From Candidatus Spongiisociaceae bacterium (GTDB taxonomy: Bacteria > Actinomycetota > Acidimicrobiia > Spongiisociales > Spongiisociaceae): a DNA stretch of 64,000 nucleotides. The stretch lies in the NCBI GenBank assembly GCA_965262915.1, contig OZ253564.1, positions 1,888,001 through 1,952,000 on the forward strand. The letters run 5' to 3'. Every line of letters starts with the position of its first letter. Within the stretch, counting starts at the first letter, position 1. A model generated the notes under the pieces. The model was not told where the DNA came from. It was given only the letters and a program-made list of their open reading frames with translations, and made no database searches. Below, piece by piece: positions 10,305 through 19,425 of this stretch. The translations under genes and the position numbers were made by a program.

Positions 10305-10490
10305 CCGTCTGGGACGTCGGTGGCCGGCGCCAGGTTCAGATCGAGGACCCCGATTTTCTCGCACTTCCCGAGTACCTGTGTGCGCGCGATGTATCCCGTG
10401 TCAGGGTGGGCCAGTTGCGTTACACCTTCATTTGCAATCCCCGAGGCGGGATTCTGAACGATCCCGTGCTGCTGCGGGTGGGCCGAGGGA
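10286..10490 (+). pseudogene. Internal fragment of a GcvT/DmdA-like aminomethyltransferase
   Basis: LVEDVTVWDVGGRRQVQIEDPD...RDVSRVRVGQLRYTFICNPRGGILNDPVLLR; no start and no C-terminus. Confidence 0.7.
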
Positions 10491-10506
10491 TGCCCGTGGG
10501 GATCCC

Positions 10507-11631
10507 TCATTGCTGCTGTCCCCCCTCTTCGGGGTGGCTGCCGGACCGGATGTCGATCACGATGGCGCCCACATGACCCTTGCGCAGGAAGGTTTCCTGG
10601 GCCGAGCGGAGTTGCGCCAGAGGGTAGGAGGTCGCTACCAAAGGCCGGATCTCGCCGTTTTCTATGTAGCGGACCAGGTTGGCGAACACGCCGGGAGGCA
10701 CCACCGTGCAGCCGTGCATGGTGATGTCCCGTAAGTAGAGGGTGCGCAGGTCGAGCCGCACCATCGGCCCGCCGATGGCCCCTGCCACGGTGTACCGCCC
10801 ACCCCGGCGGATGGTGTCGAACAACGCGGGGAACTGCGGGCCTCCCACCACATCGGCCAGCACGTCCACACCGCCGGTCCGCTCGAGGATCTCGCTCGCC
10901 AGCGAGGACGAATTCCTGTCCAGCACGTGGTCTGCTCCGGTCAGCTTCCTCAAGAGCGACGCCTTGGACTTCGAGGAGATGGCAACAGTGGTGGCCCCCC
11001 GCCGGCGCGCCAGCTGGATCAGGGCGTTCCCCACCCCGCCCGAGGCCCCGGTGACCACCACCATATGTCCTTCCTTCACGCCCGCTCGTTCCAGCATGTG
11101 TTCGGCGGTCGAGTATGAACAGGGGAACCCGGCCAGTTCCATATCGGTCAAGCCGCTCCGAATCGGGTGGGCGTTTCCGGCCGGAACGGTCACGTACTCG
11201 GCATAGCCTCCGTCGCGTTCCGAACCGAGATACCCTGCTTTAGCCAGGTCGCCCTGCGGATCCCGCAACCACGCGTCGATCAGAACCCGCTCACCGACCC
11301 GATCCCCGTCCACCGAGGAACCCACCTCCACGATCCGCCCCACCGGATCGGCGCCCTGGATGAGCGGAAAGGTCAAGCCCCCGGTCCACGACCCGTCCGC
11401 GTCGGTCGTGGTCGTTTCCTCTCCGGTGGCCGTGCTCACCGACCTCGAGTACCAGCCGGTCCTGGTGTTGATATCCGTGTTGTTCATGCCACACGCGCCG
11501 ACCTCCACCAGTACCTCGTCCCGATCAGGGATCGGAACCGGCGCGTCGGTCACGTACTCCAGTCGGTCCAGCCCTCCATGACCTCTCAGCACGACAGCTC
11601 TCATGCCGTCCAGACGCTTACGGGAAGTCAT
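10507..11631 (-). CDS. MDR/zinc-binding alcohol dehydrogenase family oxidoreductase
   Basis: MRAVVLRGHGG, GMNNTDINTRTGWY, PLIQGADPVG, TGASGGVG. Confidence 0.9.
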   Translation of the reverse strand: MTSRKRLDGMRAVVLRGHGGLDRLEYVTDAPVPIPDRDEVLVEVGACGMNNTDINTRTGWYSRSVSTATGEETTTTDADGSWTGGLTFPLIQGADPVGRIVEVGSSVDGDRVGERVLIDAWLRDPQGDLAKAGYLGSERDGGYAEYVTVPAGNAHPIRSGLTDMELAGFPCSYSTAEHMLERAGVKEGHMVVVTGASGGVGNALIQLARRRGATTVAISSKSKASLLRKLTGADHVLDRNSSSLASEILERTGGVDVLADVVGGPQFPALFDTIRRGGRYTVAGAIGGPMVRLDLRTLYLRDITMHGCTVVPPGVFANLVRYIENGEIRPLVATSYPLAQLRSAQETFLRKGHVGAIVIDIRSGSHPEEGGQQQ

Positions 11632-11634
11632 AGG

Positions 11635-11895
11635 TCACCACGTGAATCCGGCTTGGGTTGCCGTCCGGGTTCCGCTCTCGTCGAGTTCTCGGAAGGCGCG
11701 GTCCACCGCCCGGGCGGTGGTTTCGAAGTGGTCGTCGCCATGGGCGAGGCTGACGAAGCGCCCGAGCCCCGGTATCACGTTGATCCCGTTCCGGAGCAGC
11801 GCCCTGTCGAGTCCACGGTTTACAGCCTGATCGGAGGCCCGCAGGTTCCGCATAGCGCTCCGGAGGCCTCCCAACATGGAGGACCTGCCACAGGC
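11635..11895 (-). pseudogene. C-terminal remnant of a class III (GSA-aminomutase-like) aminotransferase
   Basis: LWQVLHVGRPPERYA/LRASDQ...ALLRNGINVIPGLGRFVSLAHGDDHFETT; frameshifted and truncated at a MITE. Confidence 0.65.
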
Positions 11896-11963
11896 CGATG
11901 ACATAGTGCCTGCTCACAGGAAGACGGGCCGTTGCTCTCCACCGTTTCACAGTACCCTTCTGA
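11893..11963. mobile_element. Partial MITE family B
   Basis: GCCGATGACATAGTGCCTGCTCACAGGAAGACGGGCCGTTGCTCTCCACCGTTT matches 6113-6166. Confidence 0.75.
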
Positions 11964-12160
11964 GGGGGCGCGGAGACATGGATGTCCGGCCACCGGCGGG
12001 AACCCCATCATTCGCCAGCCTCTCATTCACAAACTCCGTACGCTTGAACAAGTCAGCGTGAACCGACGCCACACCCGAACTTACGACTACCCCCAACCTG
12101 CAACTACACGGCTGTAACCAGGCCATACGCCGAACCATCCCCGCGAAAAACACCCGCCAC

Positions 12161-13428
12161 CTAGCCGCTGTCGACGGCGCTGCCCGACGGAGCCTCCGTC
12201 GGGGCCGGGGGTTCGGTCGTTGTCGGGGTTTCGGTGGTTGTCGAGGTGGTGGATGTCTGCGGGGGAGGCGGTTGGTGCCGCGCGCAGTTCCCGGAGATGA
12301 TGTCGACGATCCGATCGAATCGCCCGCCCTCGGGAACCGGTACCGGTGCGCCGTCATCGTTGAGCAGATGCGGATGGAACGCCCATCCAACGATCCGGTC
12401 GGCATCGAAGTCGATCTGCAACACTCCGGTTTCTCCCGTGATTCCCCATCTCGGATGCCAGACGAAGTTGCCGAGCGAGTAGGCGACCAGCCTGCCGTCG
12501 GCGAACTCGACCGGCTGCAACACGTGCGGATGGTGACCGATGACCGCATCGGCGCCGGCGTCCAGCAGCTCTCGGGCGAACGACCGCTGCGCGGCGCTGG
12601 GGCAGGTGCTGCGCTCGATGCCCCAGTGGACCAGCGCGATCACCACGTCGGCCGCCCAGGCGGCGTCCTCGATGCTCTCGACAACTCGAGACGGCGGGCG
12701 GGCCGACGCGATACCCGGCGAGTCGGGACCCGCGGGGAAACTCCAGGGGACGATCATGGACACGCCGACGAAAGGACGCTCGTGGCCCCTTCGACGTCGA
12801 GAACCCGGTAGCGGTAGGCCTCGACATCGGTTGACCCCGCGCCGAGCGCCGCCACCCCGGCCGCCTCCAACAACTCGACGGTGTCCACCAGAGCGGTGGA
12901 GCCATAGTCCTTGGCGTGATTGTTCGCCAAGGATGCGACATCGACCCCGGCAGCCGCAATCCGCCGGGCCGCTGACGGCGGAGCTCGAAAGACGTATGTC
13001 TTGTCAGCCGGTACACCACGATCGCTGATCACCATCTCGGAGTTCACGACGGCGATATCAGCCGACGCCAGAGGCGGTTCGATGAACTCGAACGGGTCGA
13101 CGCCTCGGGGCTCGGTACGATCCATCAGCACATCGCCACCCGCGAGCAGCGTCCATTCCCTGGAGGGTTCGGGAGGCGGAACGGTGGTTGCGGTCACCGC
13201 CGAGGAAGGCGGGGGCGGTGAGGCCGTACTCGCGTTCTCCTCCGGGGAAGGGTCGGGGAGTGGAACCGTGGTTGTGGTCATCTCCGAGGAGGGCGGGGCG
13301 GTGGGAGAGGGGCCGGTATCCACCGGGCTCGGGCCGCCGGCCGTACACCCGCCGGCTAGTAGCGCCACGGCCAGCAGTGCAAGAGACAGGCGGACCGATG
13401 CTCGCGTCGAGTGTCCGGCCGCCTTCAT
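12161..13428 (-). pseudogene. CapA (PGA_cap metallophosphoesterase-like) lipoprotein, frameshifted near 12780
   Basis: Lipobox LLAGGC, P/T linker, AGGDVL, SLANNHAKDYG in one frame; VHWG, GHHPH, YSLGNF in another. Confidence 0.85.
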
Positions 13429-13685
13429 GGGAGAATCGTATCCGGCCTTCGCCCTCGCCCGGTCACAACCGAGGATATGGACCGGGTCTCGCGATGGGTT
13501 GGAGGTTCCCCTGGTGGATCCCGGACGTGGCCGACCGGACCGCAGGGCAAACAACCACATTCCGGACCCCGATGGGGTGGAAGAGAACCCGCGACCGGGG
13601 ACGGCGGAGAACCCATCCGTCTCACGATATCCCTGGCAGTGACCCTCCCTCGGGTGTCCAGCGACCGGAATGTGACCATCCGGTT

Positions 13686-13744
13686 GTGCCACGTCAGCGG
13701 ACGACGGGCCAACCAATTGACCCGCTCTTTGAGCACCCTCTCGG
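13686..13744. mobile_element. Partial MITE family D
   Basis: TGCCACGTCAGCGGACGACGGGCCAACCA...GAGCACCCTC matches 46621-46677 and the reverse complement of the 50429 copy. Confidence 0.65.
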
Positions 13745-13804
13745 GTTGATCCGTTGCCTGACTTCCCGTGTGGGACGCGCCGGTGTGGTTGAGGCCGGAA
13801 CGCC

Positions 13805-15291
13805 TCACGGTGGCCGTTGGCAACTGTCGTCGAGGAAAGCACCGGTCTGGTTGGTGGTGCGCCTGAGAGCCTGTGTGACAGCCTCGCGTACCTGGGCGAT
13901 CGGTGCGTCGCCGGGCTGGAATTCGGGGGGGATGAAGTTGACTGTGACGATTCTCGATGTATCGAGCATGTCTGCCAGGTCGACAAGTTCGTCGAGACGG
14001 TCACGCGGGATGTCGGTGTTGATGTGATCGGTGATGATGTCGGCCAGCGCCACATAGTTGCGAACCATTCGTATGGACGGAACCTGGTCGATGAGCGCTT
14101 CGATGACGCATCGTTGGCGGGTCATGCGGTGCCAGTCCGTACTCTTGGTTCGGGAACGCACGTATCCGAGCGCCGCCAAGCCGTCGAAGTGGTGGTCACC
14201 CGGTTCCACGACGATGTCGATGTGCGGGCCATCGGGCACGATGGGCTTGATCCGGTCGTTGATCGACTCGGTAACGTGCACGTCGATGCCGCCGGACAGG
14301 TCGATGACCTCGACGAAGCCCACCATGCCGATGAGCACGTAGTACTGGATGTCGAGGCCGGTCAGTTGGGCGAGTGCCGATTTGATGGTATGGCCGGCCG
14401 TGTCCTCGACGTTCGGGAAGGCCTCGGGGAACCTCAGCCCCAGGCCGTAGATCTCGTTGGCGATGCCCGGATACCCGTCGGGCCATTGCTCGGCTGCGGG
14501 GGTCCCTTCGGGGAAGGTGACGTGATGCCAGTTGCGGGGTACGTTGAACGCCGCCGCGTCGCCGGTGGCCATATCGATCGAGAGCACGATGATCGTGTCG
14601 GTTCTCACACCGTGGCGGTCGAACCCGGTGTCGCTGCCGAGTAGGGCGATGGTGAGGCGATCGGCCCCGTCCCAGGTCGGAGGTGGTGCTGTCGTGACGG
14701 AAGCGGTGGCGGAGGAGTTGTGGTCGGGGGAGCCGCGACCGGGGCAGCCACGGTCGTCTGCGCAGGAGCGGTCTAGGTCGTCGGCGCCGCCGTGGTGGGA
14801 ACCGGCGTCCCGGTGGCGGTTCGGGTTCCGGTGGCGTCGAAGACCGTGGTCAGCATCTCGAGCTGGGTCATGGCGTATCCGACGACCAGAACGTGGGGCG
14901 CGGCGATGATCACGGCCAGGGAGGCGAGCGTGATCACGGAGAGGAATCGGTGGGTCACGCAAGGGCACTGCGGTGGGGCGCGGCGAGCCGCGGTCCTGTA
15001 CGCGTCGACCGCGATTCCGATACGAAGAGCCAGGACGCAGACGGTCCCGGCGATGACGATCCAGAGCCACGACGGGGTCACGCTCCAGGCCAGCAGCGTG
15101 GCCGGACGGCGCGTGGCGACATAGATCACGCCGGCGGCAGCCGCCCCGAGGGTTCCGAATGTCAGGACTGCGGCGCGGCCGTTGCGGTGTCCGAAGTGCC
15201 CCAAGCCCGGCCACGCCGCGGAGAGAGCCACCGCGGCCAACGGCTCGGGACCGCGCCGTGTGGACTCCCCCAATACCTGATCCACAGCCAC
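13805..15291 (-). pseudogene. LytR-CpsA-Psr (LCP) family protein, frameshifted in the P/T linker near 14775
   Basis: N-terminal TMs (WPGLGH) in 14773-15291; LLGSD...RTDTII...VPRN...YVRSR..DWHRMTRQRCVI in the 13805 frame. Confidence 0.85.
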
Positions 15292-15527
15292 CTCTCGGTC
15301 TGGGAGTAGTCCATCCTTCGTGGACGATGTATGCCAGGATGCGCCGAGGGTAGTTGGCGCCGGGCTGAAGCCCGGGCCTTCCCTCTCACCAGGGATGCCG
15401 ACCGAGGCTATTGTCTGGAACTCGGTCCCCTGGAGGGACCGGTCGGGAGAACGTGTTCCGGTTGCGGGGACCGTTCATCCGGGTCGGCTCATAGGTTCTC
15501 ACCCGGGGAGACAGAACTTGCTACGGT

Positions 15528-15645
15528 CCAGGAGGGTGCTCGAACAACCCGTGCAAAGAGGTTCGCTCGCTAGCCCACAACCCTCAGACCAGGTGGTTTG
15601 CCACCGGCCAACCCCGCAAAGGTCCGTTCTTGAGCACCCTCCCGG
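15528..15645. mobile_element. MITE family C (~114 bp; TIR GAGGGTGCT...AGCACCCTC)
   Basis: CCAG/CCGG flanks; inverted homolog at 32556-32671. Confidence 0.8.
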
Positions 15646-15852
15646 GACACGATACGGATGATCAGGGCTTCCCCGAGCGCAGGCAGCCGCCCTCCTGCAC
15701 CGCAGCCGGCGCCCCGTTCCCGCACCGGACACATAACGACCCGCCGTCCACCCGTCCTGACCGGAGTTGCCCCCCTGCGATCCCCGAGAACGGGTGGCGG
15801 GCCCCGCTACCCGGTCGGGATAGGGGGGGGCTGGCGGCGGCAGGGCGAACCG

Positions 15853-17388
15853 TCACGACCGGCGGCTGTCGGCAGGCCCGTCGAGCAGGTGGAAGAGCCA
15901 CTCGGCCGCGCCGGTCGCCGGTCCGGGAATGGCCCGTGTCCTGGTTCCCAGCGCGGCCAGCGCTCGGGCGGTTTCGGCCGCCGAGGCCGCCAGCGCGGCC
16001 CGGTTGCGCTCACCTCCGGGTTTGAGAGCGTTCACGATCTCGAAGGTGACCACATTCACCCTGGTCGGGGTGTGCTCGATCGAGGTCAACGACCATCGGC
16101 CGGTGGACGGGTTCCGGGTGACGGTGAACTGCAGGATCACCCCGTCCTGGGTTCCCGGCTTGCCATCCTCCCATCGCGGGGACTGGTTGGAGAGGAAGTT
16201 ACCCAGCCCGTAGACGAGGTACTCGTCCCCGATCCGATCCACGGGCTGCACCACATGGGCGTGATGGCCGATGATGAGATCGATATCGGGGGAGGACAGG
16301 AGGCGCGGTCCCAGGTCGGCCTGGTACCGGTCGGGCGCACGGCTGTACTCCGTTCCCCAATGCAGGGAAAGGATGATGAAGTCGGCGCCCGCGGCCCTCG
16401 CCCGACCGGCTTCCTCCAGGATGGCTTGCTCGTCGACGATGTTGACCATGTGGGCCTCCTCGGCGCGTAGCTCACCGATGTTGAGCCCGTAGGTGTAGGA
16501 GAGGTGAGCCACCGTCGCGCCTTTCACCTCTACCAAGTTGAGCCTCTCCTGCTCGTCGGGGGTGCGGGCCATCCCCGTGTGAGCCACGCCGGCGCGATCG
16601 AGCGCCTCGATCGTGCCGATCACCCCTCTCAGGCCGGTGTCGGCCGAGTGGTTGGAGGCCAGCGAGCAAGTGTCGTACCCGGCGTGGGCGATGGCATCGG
16701 CCAGCTGGTTGGGCACGTTGAACCGCGGATAGGAGGAGATCCGCTCGTTGTCGGGGGACATCGGCGTCTCCAGATGGCACACAGCCAGATCGGCCGCCCG
16801 CAGGATCTCCCTCACCTGGGAGAACATCGGTGTGAAGTCCCAGCCGTCGGCGGTGCGGGCCGTGCGGGCCACCGCCTTGTGGATGATCAGGTCACCGGTC
16901 GCGGCGATGGTGATCGAGCGGGATCGTCGGACGACCGTTGCCGTGGGCGCCGTCGACGTGGTGGCGGTCATCGCCGGGGCGGAGGTGGTGGAGGGCGCCG
17001 GGTGGGTGTCCGCCGGCAGAGAGGATGCCGCCCGTGCGCTCGAGGTGGGCGCGGTCGGATCGGGAACGGGCGCCGTGGTGGTCGTGGCAGAGGACGGTGT
17101 CCCGGCGGTCGGCTCGGGCGCGGTCGGGTCGGGAACGGGCGCCGTGGTGGTCGTGACCGGCGCCGTAGGGGGTCCGGCCGCCGTATCGACCGCCGGCATG
17201 GTCGGGTCGGGCGCAGGACCGGTACGGAATCCCGCCGCGATCTCCGCGGGGTCGGCCTCGCCGGTATGACCTGAACCCGCCAGCAACCATACGACCGGCG
17301 CGGCCACTGCGAGCAATCCGACAAGGACACCCAGGAGGGTGGTCCAAGACGGTGGAGGGCGACGGCCCGTCTTCCTCTGAACAGGCAT
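15853..17388 (-). CDS. CapA family protein with TM anchor and P/T-rich linker (start codon lies inside a MITE)
   Basis: AATGDLIIH, CHLETP, SLASNHSAD, LHWGTEY, GHHAH, YGLGNF. Confidence 0.88.
   Translation of the reverse strand: MPVQRKTGRRPPPSWTTLLGVLVGLLAVAAPVVWLLAGSGHTGEADPAEIAAGFRTGPAPDPTMPAVDTAAGPPTAPVTTTTAPVPDPTAPEPTAGTPSSATTTTAPVPDPTAPTSSARAASSLPADTHPAPSTTSAPAMTATTSTAPTATVVRRSRSITIAATGDLIIHKAVARTARTADGWDFTPMFSQVREILRAADLAVCHLETPMSPDNERISSYPRFNVPNQLADAIAHAGYDTCSLASNHSADTGLRGVIGTIEALDRAGVAHTGMARTPDEQERLNLVEVKGATVAHLSYTYGLNIGELRAEEAHMVNIVDEQAILEEAGRARAAGADFIILSLHWGTEYSRAPDRYQADLGPRLLSSPDIDLIIGHHAHVVQPVDRIGDEYLVYGLGNFLSNQSPRWEDGKPGTQDGVILQFTVTRNPSTGRWSLTSIEHTPTRVNVVTFEIVNALKPGGERNRAALAASAAETARALAALGTRTRAIPGPATGAAEWLFHLLDGPADSRRS
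17047..17155. repeat. Direct repeat, 2 x 40 bp (period 69), encoding TTTTAPVPDPTAP
   Basis: 17047-17086 and 17116-17155 are nearly identical. Confidence 0.85.
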
Positions 17389-17437
17389 TATGTCATCGGC
17401 CGACGGGCCGTGAAGGGGTTTTGCACCGCCCTCCCAG
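17331..17437. mobile_element. MITE family B (103 bp, CCAG duplication) inserted in the 5' end of capA
   Basis: Reverse complement of the 6076-6181 element. Confidence 0.88.
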
Positions 17438-17645
17438 GATCGTGGTCGACCGGATGCCCGTACCCTCCCGCACCCTCAAGCGGCCCCCAACCCCATGCTC
17501 GGCAGTCCCGGACTGCCTGCGGTCTTGAGATCACGATCGACGGGACAGGACATCGTGTCGGTTCCGTTTGCGGGTCACGGAATGATACGCCTGCCATACC
17601 CATCCCAGCGGGAACCCGTCCCGGAGACGCATCGGGAGGGTCGCG

Positions 17646-18641
17646 TCAGGTTTGCTCCCGGGCGAGGCCGCGGCGGCGGACGATCTCGGCGGAGATGGCG
17701 GGCACCACTTCGTGGAGGTCGGCGATCACGGCCCAGTCGGCCTTGGTGACCATCGGGGCGTCCCGGTCGGTGTTGATGGCCAGGACGTTCTTGGCGTTCA
17801 TCATCCCGACCCAGTGTTGGATGGCGCCCGAGATACCGCAGGCTATATAGAGGTCAGGCGCCACGACGGTGCCGGTCTGGCCCACCTGGAACTTGTGGTT
17901 CTTCCATCCGTTGTTGGTCACCACCCTCGAGCAGCCCACCGCGCCTCCCAGCAGGTCGGCCAGTTCTTCGATGATGGAGAAGCCCTCGACGTTTCCTACG
18001 CCCCGCCCGCCGCTCACCACCACCGGGGCGGTGGCCAGGGTGATGCCCTCCGAGATCGTCACCCGGTCCTGCACCATGGTGACGGAGGCTGACTCGTCGA
18101 GGAGGGGCGTGAACACCGACACGCGACCCGCGCCCGGTACGCGGGCATGGGCGGCCTCCGTGCTGTGCGGGGCGAGCGTGACCAGCTTGGTGGGCGCGGA
18201 GAGCCTGGCCCGCTCGTGGAGGCTCCCGCCCCAGCGGACCCGGGTCATGAGCCAGTCCTCGCCGTCGGGTTCTATCTCCAGGCAGTTGGCAACCATCGCG
18301 AGGTCCAGGCGGGCCCCGGCGTGGGCCATGACCTCGTTACCACGGTCGGTTCCGGTTGCCATCACCGCGGCCGCACCCACGGAACGAGCCACCTGCACGA
18401 GGCTGTCGGCCCATGCGTCGGGCCCGTAGTCCCTGAGCAGTTCGTGCCGGACCACATGGACTTCCTCGGCGCCGAAGACGTCCATTCCGGCGGCCGGCCC
18501 GTCCGCGCCCTCGCCGATCACCGCCGTATGTAGAGAGGCGCCCATCGCCGCCGCCAGCCGCCTGGCCCCGGTGAGCCCTCCCAGGGTGGTCTCATCGATC
18601 CGGCCTCGATCATGCTCGACGAGGTACAGGAACACGCTCAT
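17646..18641 (-). CDS. etfA: Electron transfer flavoprotein alpha subunit
   Basis: VVSGGRG, QVGQTG, YIACGISGAIQH, AINTD; ATG 18641 overlaps the etfB stop. Confidence 0.95.
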   Translation of the reverse strand: MSVFLYLVEHDRGRIDETTLGGLTGARRLAAAMGASLHTAVIGEGADGPAAGMDVFGAEEVHVVRHELLRDYGPDAWADSLVQVARSVGAAAVMATGTDRGNEVMAHAGARLDLAMVANCLEIEPDGEDWLMTRVRWGGSLHERARLSAPTKLVTLAPHSTEAAHARVPGAGRVSVFTPLLDESASVTMVQDRVTISEGITLATAPVVVSGGRGVGNVEGFSIIEELADLLGGAVGCSRVVTNNGWKNHKFQVGQTGTVVAPDLYIACGISGAIQHWVGMMNAKNVLAINTDRDAPMVTKADWAVIADLHEVVPAISAEIVRRRGLAREQT

Positions 18642-19405
18642 ATCAGGCCCAGACCTTCCAGGATGTCGACGATGGCGGGTGCGGCCTCCGCTCCCTCCCC
18701 GAGAACGTCGACCCTGGTTCCGGCGGCCGGGGGTGTGACCAGGATCACCTTGGACTGCCCGCTCGATCCCGGTACGGGCTCGATGCGCGATATCGGGGCC
18801 CGCCGGGCGGCCATCCTCCCTCGCAGGGTCGGGTAGCGGGGCAGGTTGATGCCCTCCTTCACCGCCACCACCGCCGGGAGAGGCAGCCGGTAGACCTCCG
18901 AACCGGAAGGTGTCTCGCGCCGGGCGGTGATCCCTCCCTCCTCGGTGTCTATACCCTTGATCCCACTCACGATGGGCCGTCCCAGGGTCCGGGCCACCCG
19001 GATGCCCACCTGGTAGCCGCACGAGTCGGCTGATTCGCTACCGAACAGGATCAGGTCGAACGGATCCTCCTGGCCGGTCTCCATCTCGCCTATGGCGGCG
19101 GTGAGTGCCTTGGCGGTGGATACCGGATCCCAGTCGGGGATGTCGGTGGGCAGCAGCACCGCCGACGTCGCACCGACCGCCACGGCCGACCGAAGCTGTT
19201 CCTCGGCTTCCGGGGGACCCAGCGTCATCACGGTCACGGAGCCGCCCTCCCGTTCGACGATCCGGACCGCCTCCTCCACGGCGCACTCCTCGTGGGGGCT
19301 CACGGTGAACCCCAGCAGGGACGAGTCGATGTCCTGGCCGTCCGGGGTCAGGACGATCTTCGCTCCCGGCGCCGGGACCCGCTTGACGCACACCAGGATC
19401 CGCAC
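18638..19405 (-). CDS. etfB: Electron transfer flavoprotein beta subunit
   Basis: MRILVCVKRVP, EECAVEEA, NLPRYPTLRG. Confidence 0.95.
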   Translation of the reverse strand: MRILVCVKRVPAPGAKIVLTPDGQDIDSSLLGFTVSPHEECAVEEAVRIVEREGGSVTVMTLGPPEAEEQLRSAVAVGATSAVLLPTDIPDWDPVSTAKALTAAIGEMETGQEDPFDLILFGSESADSCGYQVGIRVARTLGRPIVSGIKGIDTEEGGITARRETPSGSEVYRLPLPAVVAVKEGINLPRYPTLRGRMAARRAPISRIEPVPGSSGQSKVILVTPPAAGTRVDVLGEGAEAAPAIVDILEGLGLI

Positions 19406-19425
19406 GACCTACCTCCGGACCGCCA

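Noticed and set aside
13538-13620. CAGGGCAAAC resembling the 5' end of a c-di-GMP-I riboswitch
   Set aside because: The GNRA loop and GACGCAAAG core are missing, and it is antisense to the flanking genes.
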